Of a DNA stretch of 64,000 bases, positions 59,851 to 64,000 are shown piece by piece. The position numbers and the translations under genes were made by a program. The stretch covers positions 2,046,001 through 2,110,000 of the forward strand of contig BQFW01000006.1 in assembly GCA_020891255.1 (NCBI GenBank), given 5' to 3'. This DNA is from Entomortierella parvispora E1425 (taxonomy: Eukaryota > Fungi > Mortierellomycota). Position 1 is the first letter of the stretch. Every line of letters starts with the position of its first letter. Under the pieces are notes generated by a model. The model ran no database searches, was not told where the DNA came from, and saw only the letters and a list, made by a program, of their open reading frames with translations.

Positions 59851-61271
59851 ATGACCACCGTCGAATCCGCCAAGGAGCTGCTTGCATTCCACAAGGGACT
59901 CGTCTCCATCTCTTGCATCACCGAGAATGAGGTCGACTGCACCAATTACCTTGAGCAGTACTTGACCAAGCTTGGATACACTGTCGAGCTTCAAGAGATC
60001 GCGCCCGGACGCGAGAACGTCTTGGCCTATCTGGGTCCCAAAGGAGGTCCTGGCCGTAACCCTCGCGTCTTGTTCAACACCCACATTGATGTGGTGCCCC
60101 CTTATATCGAATACCGTGAGGATGAGGAGAACGTGTATGGACGTGGATCCAGTGACGCCAAGGGTTGCATGGCCGCCCAGGTCCAGGCTGTGGAGGAGCT
60201 CAGGAAGGAGGGAAAGATCCAGGTCGGAGATGTCGGATTCTTGTTTGTCGTTGGTGAAGAGGTGGATCATATCGGCATGGTGGTAAGTTGTACTCATGAG
60301 TATAAATATTTGACAAGAGACGTTCGACAAGGTGGAGGATAGTTGTCTGACGTTACACCCTTTTTCACTTGAGTAGAAGGCAAACGATCTGGGCCTGTCG
60401 CCTGATTACTTGATTGTGGGAGAGCCCACCGAGTCTCGTTTGGCCTTGGGACACAAGGGAGTCTTGCGCCTCAACATCACCATTGAGGGCAAAGCAGGTT
60501 CGTTTTCTTCGGATTTCTCCAGGGACAAAAGGATTTTCTTTTTTTTTCTCACGGCCAAGATTTTTAACGCACTGCGCTTTTTTTTTCTCATGTGAAAAAT
60601 GTTGCTAGCCCACAGTGGATACCCCGAACTTGGAGTCAGTGCCAACGAAAAGATGATTGACCTCTTGTCAAAGCTGAAGGCAGTGGTAAGAGAAAAACCT
60701 CGTCCATCCGTTGTTCTATCCTCCTTTTCCCCCGCAAAGAAAGCCCTCGTCTGAGTCACAAAAATAGGGTTAATTCTAACCGATAATCTGTTTCTGCGGT
60801 CGCTCGTCCTTTTTTTCTTTCTTTCAGGAATGGCCCAAGGATGACTACTTTGGACAGACGACCTTGAACTTTGGAACGATCCAGGGAGGTTTGGCCGCCA
60901 ACATTGTCCCAGCTCAGTGCAAGGCAGGACTCGCCTTCCGTATCGCCACCTCGACCCAGGAAGTTTTGGATCTGGTCGAGGGTATCATCCCCAAGGAGCA
61001 GCAATTGAAGGACAAGATCACCATTGAACGTCTGACCTGCTGGGAGCCTGTCCGGTGCCACGCTGTCGAGGGCTTTGAGACCTTTGTCGCCAACTATTTC
61101 ACAGACATTCCCTCCTTCACGACTGCCAAGCACTCATTGTTGTTCGGACCTGGTTCGATCTTGTGCGCGCATGCCCCTGATGAGTACATCAACAAGAAGG
61201 AGTTGATTGCTGCGGTCGGCAGCTACAAGGATATCGTCCTCAAGTTGTTTGAAGAGAGCAAACAAAAGTAG
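59851..61271 (+). CDS. M20 family metallohydrolase (ArgE/DapE-like), 4 exons
   Basis: FNTHIDVVPP; VYGRGSSDAKG; FVVGEEVDH; IVGEPT; AHSGYPELG; FGPGSILCAHAPDE. Confidence 0.92.
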
Positions 61272-61598
61272 ATTGTAGATATTGTTCACAAAGCGAGAAG
61301 TGCTCTCTTTAGAAAGGATATAAAACAATTAGTGTATTTTTGTATTGTTTTCTGGGGGGAACGTAGAGCGGGGTTTTTTTATAAAACTGATATACAAGAG
61401 ATATTGGAGGTCGGTGGTTGATGTTTTGCTTGAGAATGGCAGGCTGTAAAATGGATGGGACTCTTCCGGGAAGAGCGATCAATATGTGTTGGTTGTAAAA
61501 GACAAAGATGAAAAATGGTGAATGCGTTTGGGTAGATGAGAGGGTAGTCAGAAAGGCGCTTCTTGAGAGCTGGATCCTATGGTTCCGACTCGTTGTTC

Positions 61599-64000
61599 TT
61601 AATCCTCGCTGTTGTCAACGTCCTGGGGGGCATGCTGTTGGTCCTGCATGTCCTGCTCTTGATCTTCAGTTTCCTCTTCGTATTCGGCCTCGCCCATGCC
61701 CGAGATCTCGACATAGGGTTCCGTCACGGTCAAATCCTCGCTCTCCACATGCGAGAAGACCGGCAGGCCGAGCGTGAAAGGAGAGATATACTCTGTCGGC
61801 ACACGGGACATGGATAACGAAAGCTCTTTATCCAGCGAGAGAGACTCCTTTCCAATGTGGATATCAGATGAGGAGGCGGCCGGGGCGGATAACTCCATCG
61901 TATACGGAACGGCCTGTGTGGATGGCTCTTCATTTTCCTGCTGACCATCTTCATCGTCGTGCTCTCTCAAGTGGCGCCTGCGCCCCAAGACATCCTTGAG
62001 CTCATGAACCATCTTTGAGTTGTCATAGATCCTCTCCCGTCTCATCTCCTGTTCTTCTCTCTGCTTCTTTTGGTACGCAATACGCTCCGCTCGGGTCATG
62101 GGCATGCCATCTGGTCCCAGAGGTGCAGCAGCCGCAGTGCGCCTGGCAACACCAGCCACTTCCGATTCTGTTGATGCCTCAAAGACCTCTTCGCGCTTCG
62201 AGGCCAATTCGACCAGTCCCTGATGATCCTCCAGCTGTTCCAGAGCATCGGTGATGGGTCGTAGGCTTCCTTGGCCATCCTGGTGAGAGGGACCTTCACT
62301 CGATGGAGATGCAACATCCAAGTAAGGGTCAACAGGTTCAGTGCGTACGTTGGACAAAGGATCCAAGACGTGACCAAGAGCCGTTTTCCCGACTTGCCAT
62401 TCCGATGCCATCATACCAATGTCCTGATGAATCGAGTCGTATTGCAGTTCCAAGAGTTTTTGTTTTTCAGTATCAATGGGGTCTACACAGACATACAAAA
62501 AAAAAAAAAAAAGAGAGAATTGGCATGTCAATATTTCTGACTATCAAGTGTCTCTTCTGCCAGTTTCAATATCAGAAATTGTATATATACCTTGCCGAAC
62601 AACGTCCTTAATGTCCTCGTTGCAAATATACAGTTTAGCCTGAACGCCACGAACGTGTTGTTCCAACAAAGCAAGTCGATGTACAAAAGGCTGAATCCGT
62701 TTATCCTGAGTAGAAGCGCCGTTTCGGGTGCCCTGGGTATCAATCCGGGGAAGGGTATCTACAAGAAATGTGTACAAAAACAAAACATCAATGTACAATT
62801 TCATTCACAAAAATAGCCGAATATTCAAAAACAAAATCATGGGGGTTCCGATGATATGTCCACATACATAGTTCGGCGTCCAAGACCTTGTTCAGTTCGT
62901 TCACAATTGCCTCAATGCCAGAGACGCCCTCCTGGAGGACGTTTCGGACAACAGTCCAGTTGCGGTCATAATCCTTGAGTGCGTTCAATCCCTGGTGTCC
63001 CTTGCGACTCTTGCGTCGAATCGACAACAGTTCACATAGAAATTCGCGGCGGTATCCATGCATCCGTTGAAATTTCTTTCGCAGGCGTTCCAATGTAGTC
63101 ATCCCAGGTGTTCCAGACATGGACGGAGAGGTTCCGTCCGGGTTCGAGTAAGTGCTTGAGCGAGGCGAAATGGTAAAAGAGACTGATCCAGAATCTGACT
63201 CCTCGCCTTCAGAAGCTGACCATGAGGTGTGCTGTCTTCGTGCAGGTCGACGACCAAAGACAAGTCTCTGGTGTTCAGAATTCATGGCGGTATTGGTGCT
63301 GGCTTCGTGGTAGCTACTTGGTCGACTATTCCTGTTGGAGCCTCCTATCATAGTCCTGCTGCGACGATATGAGGCTGAGTTTTGTCGTGCGAGCGGAACA
63401 AATGCAGAAGGCAGAGGCGAAGCTTGATCAGAGGTGGGCGAATCGGTCAGAGGGCTGTTGGCGTTGTTACTTGGGTCGTTCAAATGGTGTGTCAATTGAG
63501 TCAGGTACTGTTCCACCCCTTGACTCTCTCCTGGGGGTGAGCTGGGTCGAGGGGAAGGTGTGATATTGTACATGTCCAGCAAGGTGCTAAGTCGTTTGAG
63601 GTCAATATGAGATTGCAGAGTTTCGGTCGATTTCTGGAACAGGGCTCCACTCTTGGCCAATGCTTCAACCAATTGGGCCCGCACCAAGTTGCAGCGTCGA
63701 GTTTTGGAAGCCTGTTCAATCCGTGAGATGGGTGCCAGAGGTGTAGAGAGTCGATAGCCACGAGAGACCAGTTCAATTTCCTGAATGACCATGATAGCGC
63801 GGTTCACTTTGGCGTCCAGAGATTGACAATGGTCCACAAGAATTTGAAGAGAGCGAAGGGCTTGACTCTGAGTCGTTTGAATTTTCTTTCGTCGCTATAG
63901 AAGTCATAAAACGAGAAGGCACCGATTAGTCAACAGGACTTGCATTGGCACGAACCGAAGGCCTAAGGAAATGGCCCACACCAGAATACGCAACATCCAT
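61599..64000 (-). CDS. Vezatin/Inp2 myosin-binding-domain protein, 5'-partial (continues past the window end)
   Basis: AIMVIQEIELVSRGYRLSTPLAPISRIEQ is the vezatin-domain motif. Later exons LEQHVRGVQAKLYI and LQYDSIHQDIGMMASEWQVGK. Confidence 0.8.

Noticed and set aside
1-64000. GTTCGA T-loop-like hits (e.g. ~58592, ~61153, ~63141) as tRNA candidates
   Set aside because: All lie in coding sequence without cloverleaf stems or an A box; no rRNA or snRNA signatures seen.

Overview
Gene-dense eukaryotic (fungal) DNA with many short GT-AG introns, CT-rich 5' UTRs and long A/T homopolymers. The gene content (intronless F-box/LRR gene, Sel1-repeat array, RABL6, C12orf4, GUCD1, 3R-Myb, CBA1-like) points to an early-diverging fungus, most likely Mortierellaceae (inference). 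About 23 genes can be built by hand. The housekeeping set is a Sft1/Bet1-type SNARE, PRP4, MLH1, PDH E2, TUG/UBX, PC4/SUB1, UapA-type purine permease, bestrophin, an MSP-domain protein, an SDR, an M20 hydrolase and a partial vezatin-domain gene. An accessory block at ~37.2-44.7 kb holds a transposase-derived ORF, a Sel1 array, a small Cys/His-motif protein and an F-box gene. Best leads: (1) a secreted, probably GPI-anchored CBA1/BtuF-like putative vitamin B12-binding protein; (2) an intact DD87E (Sailor-like) transposase ORF with the first catalytic Asp changed to Gly and two inserted AT-hooks, a domestication candidate; (3) two distant paralogous receptor-like type I membrane proteins sharing an unnamed two-Cys ectodomain; (4) a C12orf4/FERRY3 homologue with an inserted UBA domain, head-to-head with RABL6. 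No tRNA, rRNA or CRISPR array was found. Gene models were spliced by eye, no database search was run, and family calls come from recognised motifs.
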